From: Octopus vulgaris
Taxonomy: Eukaryota
Direction: 5' to 3'
Assembly: GCA_951406725.2 (NCBI GenBank)
Contig: OX597821.1
Location: forward strand, 35,712,001 to 35,776,000
DNA length: 64,000 bases
Shown here: positions 28,040 to 40,047 of the stretch, in pieces
Numbering within the stretch: the stretch's first letter is position 1
Layout of the letters: each line of letters begins with the position of its first letter
The notes under the pieces: generated by a model
What the model was told of the DNA's origin: nothing
Databases searched by the model: none
Seen by the model: the letters and a program-made list of their open reading frames with translations, nothing else
Position numbers and translations under genes: made by a program

Positions 28040-28295
28040 TCGTTTTGGGATCACCAGCACTTCTTCCTAGCTTTTGCTGTTTAACTACGTTTGTCCAGCC
28101 AGTCGCCATGTTTGACCGCTAACTCCACAAGTTTTTTTTTCTCCTTCTCTCTGTATATCTCCTCGTGTTCCTTTCTGTTGAAGAGCGTAGGCTCGAAACG
28201 AAAAGACTTTCTCACCTTACCGAACGTCAAACTAATACCCCTGCTTATTGTTTATATACCTGTTTTCGTCTTTTATTTTTCTGTACATTTCAACA
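28040..28295 (+). mobile_element. Penelope pLTR-like fragment with hammerhead-like motif
   Basis: 28171-28206 CUUU-CUGUUGA-A-GAGC(GUAG)GCUC-GAAACG-AAAAG; related reverse copy at 31290-31580; ends at (TA)n. Confidence 0.7.
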
Positions 28296-28360
28296 ATATA
28301 TATATATGTGTGTGTGTTTATAATTATACATATACATAAACATATACATTTATATATATA

Positions 28361-28414
<54 letters not shown>

Positions 28415-29028
28415 TGTGTAACTTTTGGGCTAATGGCTATATGTTAATTAGTGTGTTGATATGTTGAGTAAAGCATTAGCACGGTTTTAGCCACCTGGTG
28501 TCATTCGAAGTGGGAGTATATTTCCGTTGGATCTCCTTCAGGAATTCTGCGGTTGAGATAATAATCGAATAAGGAAACAAAAGATTGATTTGGTATTCGT
28601 CTATACACAATGCAAGTGTAGTATTCATCCCTCTTTTTAAACTCAATGCAATCTAATCCTTCTTTAACAGGTCTCAACCTATCTATATTTCTTTCCCCAT
28701 ATACTTTCTCTTGTATAATTTCTTTTCTACAGTTTATACGTTTATATTTACAATTATTTTATGAATATTTTACATAAGGACAACTGTAGCAAAGAACCCA
28801 TTCTCTAAGGAATCGGACAAACACCAAGATGACTTCTTCAACTCAATATTCTTTAGCGAGACAGCACTTTATGAATGAATGTACCTGACGTAACCCAGAC
28901 TGAAAAATTGATGCAGAATGCACAACAGAATGCATAACATCGTACCCATAAATGACAGTCGCAGAGTGGGTCTAGACGATCGTCGTATGGAAGACTAATA
29001 CCCAATCCATCTTCTATGTCTTTAATTG

Positions 29029-29318
<290 letters not shown>

Positions 29319-29326
29319 GTGTGCGT

Positions 29327-29642
29327 GGAGGCGCAATGACCCAATTTTTAGGGCAGCGAACTCGGGGTCGTAGGATAGCGGTTTCGTTTCCCATCCCGGG
29401 TGTTGTGAGTGTTTATTGAGCGAAAACACCTAAAGCTCCACGAGGCTCCGGCAGGGGCTGGTGGCGGTCCCCGCTGTACTCTTACGCTACAGTTTTCTGT
29501 CACTCTTTATTCTGTTGGCCTGTTCGCCTAGCCAGCGGGGTGGCGTCATTTGAAGGCTAAAACAATGCGAAGCGCATTGTGACCAGCGATGTGTAGCAAC
29601 TTCTGATAGCCTGGTCGGTCACGGTGATCACGGTGACGGTGA
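29327..29642 (+). mobile_element. tRNA-type SINE family D
   Basis: tRNA-like head (ggaggcgcaatgaccca...ggtttcgtttccc) and tandem cacggtga tail. Confidence 0.65.
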
Positions 29643-29664
29643 TATATATATATATATATATATA

Positions 29665-29953
29665 GGAGAGTATTGTAGTACGCTTGAAGTATTGTGTATT
29701 GTTTGTAAAAATAAAAAGATTTGAATGGTACAACAAAGCACTATAATACAGACAATGTGCTATATACCTGTTGGTAATTTAGTCATCCATAGTCTGATAT
29801 AATATTTCGGAATAATATTCCTTCTTCAGATATTCTTAGATGGAGTCGTGGAATATTATACCGAAATATCATATCAGACTATGGATGACTAAATTACAAC
29901 AAGCCCATTGTCTGCATTAACGTGGATTGTTTTACCATTGAAAACCTTTTATT

Positions 29954-29957
<4 letters not shown>
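29665..29957. mobile_element. (TA)n-flanked foldback element with hammerhead-like core
   Basis: Arms about 29709-29821 and 29850-29953 are inverted; minus strand CUGAAGA-A-GGAAU(AUU)AUUCC-GAAA at 29805-29829. Confidence 0.75.
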
Positions 29958-30001
<44 letters not shown>

Positions 30002-30143
30002 ATGTATATATACATACATATATATATGTATGTATATATACATACATACATATATATACATATATATATACATACATATATATATACATATATATATATA
30101 TACATACACATATATATATAAATAAATATATATATGTATATAA

Positions 30144-30200
<57 letters not shown>

Positions 30201-30204
30201 TTTT

Positions 30205-30380
30205 CTAAGCGGCATTCCTTCCGTTTTTTACGTTCTGAGCTCACATTCCGCCGAGGTAGATTTTGTCTTTCATCCTTTCGGTGTCGATAAAATAAGTACC
30301 AGTTGACCACTAGGATCGATGTAATCGACTAAACCCCACTCTCTCGACATTGCTAACTTTGTGCCAAAATTTGAAACCGA
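30205..30380 (+). mobile_element. SINE family B, 5'-truncated
   Basis: Homology to 38402-38632. Confidence 0.8.
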
Positions 30381-31289
30381 TATTATGGTTAAAGTCTGCT
30401 CTTCAATGGAGTTGATGTACATGTCTCCACACAGGCAAGCTAACAAAGTAGGTTTTCAGCTCCTAGGGGTTAGAGGTTGTCTGGTTAATTTTTTTCGGAT
30501 TCAATAGGACTGTTTCTAAAACGGTATATTTTGCTGAGTTGCTATTGTACTTTCTGTTAGACAAATATTTGCATAACGGTGCTTTATATTTGTTAGGAAC
30601 AGAACAAAAATATTTACAGATGTTAATCGATTTAGTCAAATGTAACAGGTTGATATAAACTTATTATAATTTTTTTAGTTTATATCTTTTATTTTTCTCC
30701 CTTTCATTTTTACACTTATTCTGAATTTTCTTTTTGCCTTCCGCTTTTACGCTACTGCTAACACCGCCTCTATCCGGCTGGCCAGGTGCCAGTGTAGGAC
30801 TGTCCGAGCAATAATCTTTCCTGCGTAATGCGCATAAATTTTTATAAAACGGGTTTCAAAGCCTCTGAGAGACAACGTCTTTCCAAAGTTTTTGAGCTGA
30901 ATGTTTATTGCGCAGCATTATAATCTTCATGGAGATGCAGAATCTGAGTGAAAAAAGATGCCCTGCTTCACTACTTCCTCCTTCATATCTAAGAATTCCG
31001 TACAGATGGTGTTAGTCAATAGCAATTTCTTAGTAAGTGATTGCCAAAATATCAAGTAAATTTTTTTTTAAAATTTCCTTGTGGAGAAAGAGTACCTATT
31101 TACAAACACAGCATTTAATTTTAAAAGATATTCATATCTAAAACACGTGTTTAATGAATATTTTCTATATTTGTACAATTATATGTGACTCTACATTTCA
31201 ATGTTTATATTTTTATGCACGCATACATGCGTATATGTATATGTATGTGTCTACGAATGAACGAATACTTGTATGTATGTATATATATA

Positions 31290-31579
31290 AAGGGAAAGTT
31301 TACGAAAATAAACAAAAGACGAAGGCAGGTGGTGTACAAACAAACAGATGTATTAGTATATCGCTCAGGAATAGAAAAAGTCCTTTACGTTTCGAGCCTA
31401 TGCTCTTCTACAGAAAGATACACAGAAAAAAAACAAGGGGATAAAAAAATGTAGGTAGTAGCTAACGATCTATCATGGCGTCAGACTTCGGACAGAATGG
31501 TCAGACGGGAGAGGGGAAGTAGGGGAGATCACAAGGTCAAGATGACCTCCAATACGGAAGAGCCCCAACACAAAGGTGC

Positions 31580-31580
<1 letters not shown>
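31290..31580 (-). mobile_element. Penelope pLTR-like fragment with hammerhead-like motif
   Basis: Minus 31381-31418 UCUUU-CUGUAGA-A-GAGC(AUAG)GCUC-GAAACGUA-AAGGA; TA repeats on both sides. Confidence 0.75.
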
Positions 31581-31655
<75 letters not shown>

Positions 31656-31660
<5 letters not shown>

Positions 31661-32020
31661 TAATTTACAGACAGAACCAACTTCAACTCAATTAACACTG
31701 AAACATTTTATACCCGACCACACCATAAAATGTTAAATATTAAATATTATAACTATATCTTTTCTGAATCCTGTGTTCAGGATAGATGTAGTTATTATAA
31801 TATTCAGAATATATATAGTTATTATAATATTTAATATTTAACATTTTATAATGTGGTAGGGTATAAAATGTTTTAGTGTTGATTGAGTTGAAGGTGGTTC
31901 TGTCTCTAAAACTACTTTTACATATGCGAATTAAACATTGAGATCTGTTCATTTTAGTACATCCAATTTGAGTGTCTTTTTCCTGTGTACTCGGAGGTAA
32001 TATTCCCTAATAATTATAAT
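31656..32020. mobile_element. (TA)n-flanked asymmetric foldback element (about 105-bp arms)
   Basis: 31656-31760 is the near-perfect reverse complement of about 31812-31920; extra unpaired 3' segment to 32020. Confidence 0.8.
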
Positions 32021-32298
32021 ATATATATATGTGCCCTGGATACCAATTCCTGGATTTTTACACCTACGGATTACTGTTACCATTCTTCCGGAGTACGCCA
32101 CTGAAATCGTGATTGGAAATCAAAATAATCTGTCCGTGACTCTACAATAACTTTTTACCTCGAAATTTTTTTCGTCGAACTTTTTTCGTCGAACTTTTTT
32201 CTCGTAATTTTTCCTTCTTTACCTTTCTTCTTCTACCTCCTTTTTTCCACTTGTGTCGCCACCACTTACACCTACACAAACATTCACCACTTCTCAAC

Positions 32299-34755
32299 AT
32301 GCCTGACTTGCACTCGCTCGTCCAACACCTTCAATCCCTTCTTAGCCGCTTTCTCGCTTTTTTCCTCGCCCAATGCTTACAACACGCAAAAAAACTTTCT
32401 CACTTACTTTTTTAAAAAACTCGCCACTCTAGCCATCTCTCCTTCCTCAGCCGTTGCCTCCGCCATCACGTCACACCCCGTGGCTTACTCTTGAAGTTCC
32501 ACGCCACCCCTATTCCTCCCCCTCATCGAACCCACCCTCGCCCGCACTTCCCGCCTTCTCATCCGTGCAACCATCCGTTCCACCCGCTCTCTCCTTCACT
32601 CCCTTGACCACCAACTTCCCCAGGCTTACCTCCTTCTCTCCTCCCTCTACCCTCCACGCTTCACCCAACCTATTCTCCGCTTCATTCTTACTCTCAACCA
32701 CCTACTTCACAATTTCCTCACACACACGCAAAACAAAAAACTCCACCCTCTCCTCAACCCTTCACCTCCTTCCCCTCCCCATCCCCTACATCCTCCCCTC
32801 CAGCTCCCCCGACTCCATCCTATCCCGCACCCACGACCACCTCCCCTCCTTCCCCCTCAACGGAACTCCCCACCCTGACCTTCCTACGCCTACCCAACTA
32901 CCCCAACTACCCCAACTCTCCTCCCCACACCACTGCACCCCCTCTTCCTGACCCCACTCATCCCATCATCCCGCTTCCTCGCACTGTTGTCACTATACCC
33001 CCCAATCTCCCCCTATCTGCTGCCGAGCGCTCTCTCCTCAGTAAGGGACTCCGCTTCACGCCTCTCACGCGCTACTGTGACGAATTCGAGACTCGGACCG
33101 ACGTCAACCAGTTCCTGCGCTGCCTCAAACTTTGCGCATTCTTCCACGCGTCCCCGCAGCGTCACGACAATCAGGATTGCTTTTTGGAGCTGGGGCGCCG
33201 CCCATCCAACTGGACGCCGCCCCCAGGCCAATTCAGTAGCCTAGATTTGATCGTGAACGACTTCAACGCGGAGCAGTGGTGGTGTGGAGCGCAGATCTAT
33301 ACAGGGAGGACGCGCTCAGCCAGCTTCAAAATCCCCTCTTCTATCGCCTCCTCCCCTCCGATCCCACCTCTTCCTACCAACAGCGAGTGTCCTCCACCAT
33401 CAACGACCTCATCTCCTCTTCTGCTCTCCCCCCCACCGCCACCAACCTCATCGTCCGCTCACCCCGCACCTCTACCATCTATTTCCTTCCCAAAATTCAT
33501 AAATCCAATAACCCTGGCTGCCCCTCGTTTCCGCCTGTAATTGCTCCACTGAACACCTTTCCCTATACCTCGACCGCATCCTGTCCCCCTTAGTTGCAGC
33601 CCTCCCATCTCACATACGTGACACTAACCACTCCCTCCGTCTCTTCAATTTCGCCAATCTCTTTGTTGGCTACATTGAGGCCCAAGTATTCTCCTAATTC
33701 TCCGGGCCGACCCCGGAACTATACGGTCGCTACATAGACGACTGCATAGGTGCTACTTCCCTTTCCCGCGAACAACTCTGTCACTTCATCTCTTTACTCT
33801 CTAACTTCCCCCCCTCTCTACAATTCACTTCCACCATCTCCAATACCTCTGTTAACTTCCTTGATATCTCTCTCAGCACCGACCACCCCTCCCACTCTCT
33901 CACTACCTCCGCCTTCTTCAAACCCACGGATTCCCACCTCTATCTCGACTTCTCCTCCCATCCCATCCACACCAAACGGGCCATCCCCTACACCCAGTTC
34001 CTCCGCCTCCGACGCTTGTGCAGCCGCGACCAGGTTTTCGAGATCCGGTCTCAATACCTGGCCCGCCTGTTCAGGCATCGAGGATACCCACCTACCCTGG
34101 TCTTGAACGCCCTCGCCCGCGCTCGTCGCATCGACCGCACTACCGCCCTTTCTCCTTCCTCTCACCCACCTCCAACCGCACGCCCTTTCCCCTCCTTTTC
34201 CACCCCTTCCGTCGTCTCCAGCTCTATCCCACGACCCGCCCCATTTTCCCCAAACCACCCCTGTCCTCCTTCAAACGAGCCCGGAATCTACGCGACCTCC
34301 TGGTCCGTAGCACCCTCTCTTCTTCCCCCTCAGCCCCACACGGATCCTTCCCGTGCTCCAGATCCCGCTGCAACACCTGCCCCTTCATCACCAACACCAC
34401 TGCTGTCACCGGTTCCAACCAGCGAACTGTACGTATCAGATATTCTTTTACGTGCACTTCGTCGGGTCTCATATACTGCATTAAATGCAACCTCTGCGGA
34501 ATGTTGTATATAGGACAGACAGGACGCCGGTTGTCAGACCGATTCGCCGAACATCTAAGGCATTTTTGTCTACGGTCCAATTCTCCCGTCGCACGTCACT
34601 TCCGCTCGGTCAGCCTTTCCCCCGATGACATCTCTGTGTTTGGTCTCGCTCCACACAACGGTCTTCCACAATCCAGGCTCCACTTGGAGCAACGATTCAT
34701 TTTCACTCTCCAGACCAATACCCCACACGGACTCAACACAGCCCCCTCCTCTTAG
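32299..34755 (+). pseudogene. Penelope RT-GIY-YIG polyprotein, disrupted
   Basis: Frameshifts, in-frame TAA at 33695-97, in-frame deletion at 33649/50 (HIRDTNHSLRLFN|FANLFVGYIE) removing RT motifs A and B. Confidence 0.88.
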
Positions 34756-36775
34756 TGACTGCGCTCCGCCTCTCCCCACTAGCAACTTTTTTTTTTTATT
34801 TTGTCCTTATACAGAAACACACACACACACACATACTCACGTATCCACGAACACACCTACTTCCAACACACCATACACATACAACCTACATGCACATGTA
34901 CGCACAATTACTTCCACACCTATACACCCCCACACCCCACACCCCACGCGCACACACACATGCCCGTGCACACACCCCAACAAACAGTACTCATACAGAT
35001 ACGCACTATCATATAAACACCTAGCAGAGACACACACACACACATACACGCACGTAAGCGCACACACGCACACAAGCACACGCATGTACATTACGCCCAC
35101 ACAACTCCAGAAAGACCCCCACACTCACACGCATACATTCACACACACACACACACGCATACTACGTACACACATATATATACATACATTCATACATACA
35201 TACATACATACATACACACACACATACACACATACACACACATACATACATACATACACACATACATACACACATACATACATACACACATATACACACA
35301 CACATACACACATACACACATACACACATACATACATACATACATACACACACATACATACATCCATACATACATACATACATAGATACATACATACATA
35401 TACACACACACATACACACATACACACATACACGCATGTACACATACATACATACACACACAGACACATACATACATACATACACACACACTTACACACA
35501 TACATACATACATACATACACATACATACACTCATACATACACACATACATACATACACACACATACACACACACACATACATACACACATACATACATG
35601 TATATGGGATTGGCTGTATTGCAGGCGTGTGGCAGTGTGTGTGTGTGTGTGCTTGTGGATTCACATACACTCACACCAATTTTTTTTTCCATCAATTTTT
35701 CAAATATAAAGTGTGTGCTTGCATATATATATATACACACATATAAACATATAAACACACATATAAACCTCTATATTTGTACACACACGCACATATATAC
35801 ATACATTCACTCGCACGCACGTAAACACACATACACACACACACACATTTACATATATATACAATACACGCACACACATATACACACGTACAAACACACA
35901 CAAATTCACATATACACCGACACATATGCATACACACAATATATACCTACACGCGCACGCACACATACACATACGTACACACATATAAGCACAGACACAC
36001 ACACATACGCACACAAAAACATGCGCACACATACGCACGCACACCCGCACACCAATGCACACACCCAAAACTCACATCCCCACGGATACACGCATATACA
36101 TCGATATACGCTTACACACACACACATACAAACACACACATACACGCACACACAACTACACGCACATACATACACACAGATACACAAATGAACCCACACA
36201 TACATCCCATACACACGACACACAATTATACATACACGCACACATTATACATACATATATATATATACACACACGCACGTACAAGCACACACGCACACAT
36301 ACACTAAGTTAAGCACAGTTACTCGCCACACACCCAAACTCTACGCATACACACACGAACACACACATACACACACACACACTACAAACAAAACACACAC
36401 ACGATACATATACATACACGCACACACACATACCTCTTTGTTTTGACCTGTGACTGGACACAAAAAACACCACTCCTTATTCTTACTACTGGCCATCTAC
36501 TAGCCAGTTGTTCGCCCTACACACATACACACACACAAACACGTGTCATCATTGCACACATACACACACGCGCGCACACGCAGACCTCCGCGCACGCATG
36601 CATCCACACACATACCCCTCTCACTTTCCTTGTCTTTAACATACTACCTACTGTCTTTGAAAACTCTACTGTCTTTAAAAAACATTATTCTTCCACCTTT
36701 CTACTTCCGGTCTTTCAATATGTGACCTCGTGAGTACCGCTGGCGATTTTTTTCCTCTGTCGTCCCTTCTCCTAT

Positions 36776-36810
36776 GTTTCCGACGAAGAGCTCCGCTCGA
36801 AACGTCAAAC
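36776..36810 (+). ncRNA. Minimal type I hammerhead ribozyme-like motif (core CCGACGA variant)
   Basis: GUUU-CCGACGA-A-GAGC(UCC)GCUC-GAAAC-GUC-AAAC; palindromic ACGU stem III as in Penelope minimal hammerheads. Confidence 0.75.
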
Positions 36811-36904
36811 CCTCCTTCTTCCCTTCTTTCCTGAGCGTCGAATAATACTTTATTTGTTCCACGTCCTCGCGTTGTTGTGTTTTTTTGTGTTTTCTTGTTT
36901 GGAT

Positions 36905-36930
<26 letters not shown>

Positions 36931-36937
<7 letters not shown>

Positions 36938-37222
36938 AGGATTCAGCAAAGATTTGCTTTACCACATACCGAAGTTTAGAAATAGCAGCCAAAGAACCTT
37001 AGCTATTTCCTCTTCTTTAAAAAGAGACTCCCGGAAAAAGCAAATTATTCGAAAACAATCCACGAAGGCAGAGAGGAAATGTGGTAAAGCAAATATTTGC
37101 TGAACCCTATTATAAAGTATTGCTTTAGTTTACTGTGAAATGGTCCATTTTCATGCCAAATTCTACTTGGTGAAATTATTGATTACTAGTTAATTAATTA
37201 ATTTTACCCTTTGTTATTATTG
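36931..37222. mobile_element. (TA)n-flanked asymmetric foldback element (37-bp arms)
   Basis: ttataataggattcagcaaagatttgctttaccacat (36931-36967) versus atgtggtaaagcaaatatttgctgaaccctattataa (37079-37115). Confidence 0.75.
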
Positions 37223-37255
<33 letters not shown>

Positions 37256-37314
37256 GTTATGCATGTATTGGAAGCTATTTAACATCTTTTATATTGTTCT
37301 ATTCTATTTTTTAG

Positions 37315-37404
37315 ATGTTGAACATCGCCCATATTGGCAAGTGAATTTGAACAAGGTGCGGCAAATACGTAAAGTTATTCTAATAAGCAAAGACACTCAC
37401 ACAT
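37315..37404 (+). CDS. F-type lectin gene, coding exon 4
   Basis: attttttag acceptor, cat|gtacgt donor, phase 1-1; DVEHRPYWQVNLNKVRQIRKVILISKDTHT matches P.W.VDL.....I..V. Confidence 0.88.
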
Positions 37405-37599
37405 GTACGTATGTCTTTTGATGTATTATCAACAATGTCGTCAGCGACATCACAAATAACATTATCGCTACCATCCTCTATCATCATCACTTCTACCATC
37501 ATTATCTGAATCCTTTCCCCATTATTATTATTATTATCAGCAGCAGTAAGAAGAACAATAACAACTATAACATCATTAATTATCATATGCAGCAACAGT

Positions 37600-37671
37600 A
37601 TCATCATCATCATCATCATCATCATTATCATCGTCATCATCATCGTCATCATTGTCATCATCGTCATCATT

Positions 37672-37715
<44 letters not shown>

Positions 37716-37870
37716 TATCATCATCCTCATCCTCATCATCATTATCATCATCATCGTCGTCGTCATCATCATCGTCATCATCATCGTCATCATCATCATT
37801 ATCATTGTCATCATCATCGTCAACATCATCGTCATCATTATCATCAGCAGCAGCAGTAGCAGCAGCAGTA
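37600..37870. repeat. (CAT)n/(CAG)n microsatellite
   Basis: Direct observation. Confidence 0.95.
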
Positions 37871-37929
37871 GCGTCAGGGACGGCAAATATCATTCCATCT
37901 AATGGAATTGATATTCAGAGAAATAATGA

Positions 37930-38322
37930 GGCTTAGAAGATCAATTCAAAGCCCGAAAACGCCTCAGCCTATCCGTAGTCAAATGTGTGCCTCGCTTATG
38001 TGCGATCCAAAGCATTAACAACTGAATGCGTGTCGTGAACTGAAAGAACAGTTGGAAGTTGATCTGAACCTTTTTTCGAATGTCATTACTGGTGACGAAA
38101 GCTGATGCTACACAATTTGCAGATGGGGAAGAAGTGAGCATAAAAGCCATAAAGGCATTACTTCGCAAGAGCTCCAGCACTGATTCGAATAGCGCAAAAC
38201 GTGCCTGAACTGATACATTGCTTCAAATGGAGAATATTTTAAAGGCGATAAAAGTGCAAACGTGTAAAACGAAGTGAATAAAATACTATTGCAAAATTGC
38301 ATTTTCTTTTGGGTAACCACTC
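37930..38322 (+). mobile_element. Mariner deletion derivative
   Basis: Remnants KCVPRL, NVITGDES and IASNGEYFKGDK; mariner-like right TIR ttttgggtaaccactcg. Confidence 0.75.
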
Positions 38323-38401
38323 GTGCACGTGTATGTGCGTGTGTTTATGTGTGTGTGTTTGTGCGTGTGTGTTTGTGTGTACGTTTTAGCATGTTTAACG
38401 T

Positions 38402-38632
38402 AGGCGGCGAACTGGCAGAATCGTTAGCACGCCGGGCGAAATGCGTAGCCGTATTTCGTCTGTCGTTACGTTCCGGGTTCAAATTCCGCCGAGGTCGACT
38501 TTGCCTTTCATCCTTTCGGGGTCGATAAATTAAGTACCAGTTACGCACTGGGGTCGATGTAATCGACTTAATCCCTTTGTCTATCCTTGTTTGTCCCCTC
38601 TGTGTTTAGCCCCTTGTGGGTAGTAAAGAAAT
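38402..38632 (+). mobile_element. SINE family B, full length
   Basis: aggcggcgaactggcagaatcgttagcacgccgggcg...ggttcaaattcc...agccccttgtgggtagtaaagaaat. Confidence 0.92.
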
Positions 38633-38713
38633 ATATAAATATATACGCGGAGATAAACTCTATTAATAACGAACTATAGAAAACTATAACAACTAAATAA
38701 TCGTCTATTTCAG

Positions 38714-38843
38714 CTCCGCAACGATTTGACGTACATGTTGGAACCAGCCCGAACGTAACTGAAAACCAAGTTTGTAAGCGATATCACAGTGTTCCGTCAA
38801 CTCCACTTGCCACTATATTCTGTGAAGAAGATTTGAGTGGAAG
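38714..38843 (+). CDS. F-type lectin gene, coding exon 5
   Basis: tctatttcag acceptor, aag|gtaaca donor, phase 1-2; SPQRFDVHVGTSPNVTENQVCKRYHSVPSTPLATIFCEEDLSG(R). Confidence 0.88.
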
Positions 38844-39819
38844 GTAACACACGGCTTAATGTTTTACTGCGTAGCTTGATATAAAGTAAAGAAAATGAAA
38901 CCCCACATTTTGTCTAACCACAAGAATTATTTTACTTCTTCAGGCTGATTTTACTTTTTTACTGAATGCATTTCTGTCATTTATCAAAGATTATGTCTAT
39001 TTTTAGCTACAATTCCTGATAATCCATAAAAGTCAAAGGGTGTTATATCAATCCCTGTATTTTATTTGTGCTTATTTCAGTACCTGCAGAATGATGAAAG
39101 ATATAACAAGGCTTCGTTACAGATCGAATGTATGATGTAAAAGTCCGCAACTGTAATTTTGTCGTCTGAGGCTCTACGGATTATCTCGATTCATTTCTTC
39201 TAGTATTCAACATAAGCAACGTGACCATCCTTTTGTTGGTAGAATTATGCTAGCGTTTCTAGTACATTTAAAACACCATGGAATGATGAAAGAAAAACAT
39301 CTACTTCAGTAGCGTTGAAACTCTTATTATAGAGGCATTTACATAAATCCTGCATGCTATTTAAAGAAACATCACTTAACCGTGACTGTCATTGTACCAC
39401 CCTCATATAAAACACACAAAATTAGCGTGATTGATCATCTTGCGTTTTCTAATTTGCGTAAATTAGAATTGCTTCTTGTACTCAAAAAGTATAAGCACCA
39501 GAGCATCAGTGGGAATTTTGGGTGAATGTTATACTTCATGTCATTGCTTTTGTCATTATTGATACGAACTTAAAACAAAAGTGTAATTAAGATCCTAACG
39601 TCTTTCTACAGAACCCATCTTATTCATGAAGCTACGAAGTTACTCAAAATATTTTGTTATATGCTTTCATTCAAAAGTCTTATCACTTTATCATGACACA
39701 GGTATACATGCGAAGCAATTTCTTTCTGCCCAAATTAAATTTCTGCTGAACGTCTCCCGCTTATGCCCATCTATCAATCTTCAACCATGCAGCCATGTGC
39801 AACGGTAGTCCTCTATACG

Positions 39820-40047
39820 CGGCGAGCTGGCAGAAACGTTAGCACGCCGGGCGAAATGCTTAGCGGTATTTCGTCTGCGTTACGTTGTGAGTTCAAATTC
39901 CGCCGAGGTCGACTTTGCCTTTCATCCTTTCGGGGTTGATAAATTAAGTACCAGTTTCGCACTTGGGTTGATGTAATCGACTTAATACCTATGTCTTTCC
40001 TTGTTTTTCCCCTCTGTGTTTAGCCCCTCGTGGGTAATAAAGAAATA
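39820..40047 (+). mobile_element. SINE family B with 16-bp TSD
   Basis: TSD ggtagtcctctatacg at 39804-39819 and 40048-40063. Confidence 0.93.

Larger units (their letters stand above)
32031..36906 (+). mobile_element. Penelope-like element (Neptune-type), near full length, decayed
   Basis: RT motif RYIDDC (33728-33745), linker C-x4-CxxC (CSRSRCNTC), GIY-YIG (LIYCIKCNLCGMLYIGQTGRRLSDRFAEH...EQRFI...HGLN), CA-rich 3' region, pLTR with minimal hammerhead at 36776-36810, (TA)n on both sides. Confidence 0.93.

Noticed and set aside
34625-36312. 373-aa and 251-aa His/Thr-rich ORFs
   Set aside because: CA-repeat translation inside the Penelope 3' region.
37405-37414. Alternative donor ac|gtatgt for exon 4
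   Set aside because: Phase 2 would break the frame with exon 5; the 37404 donor keeps it.
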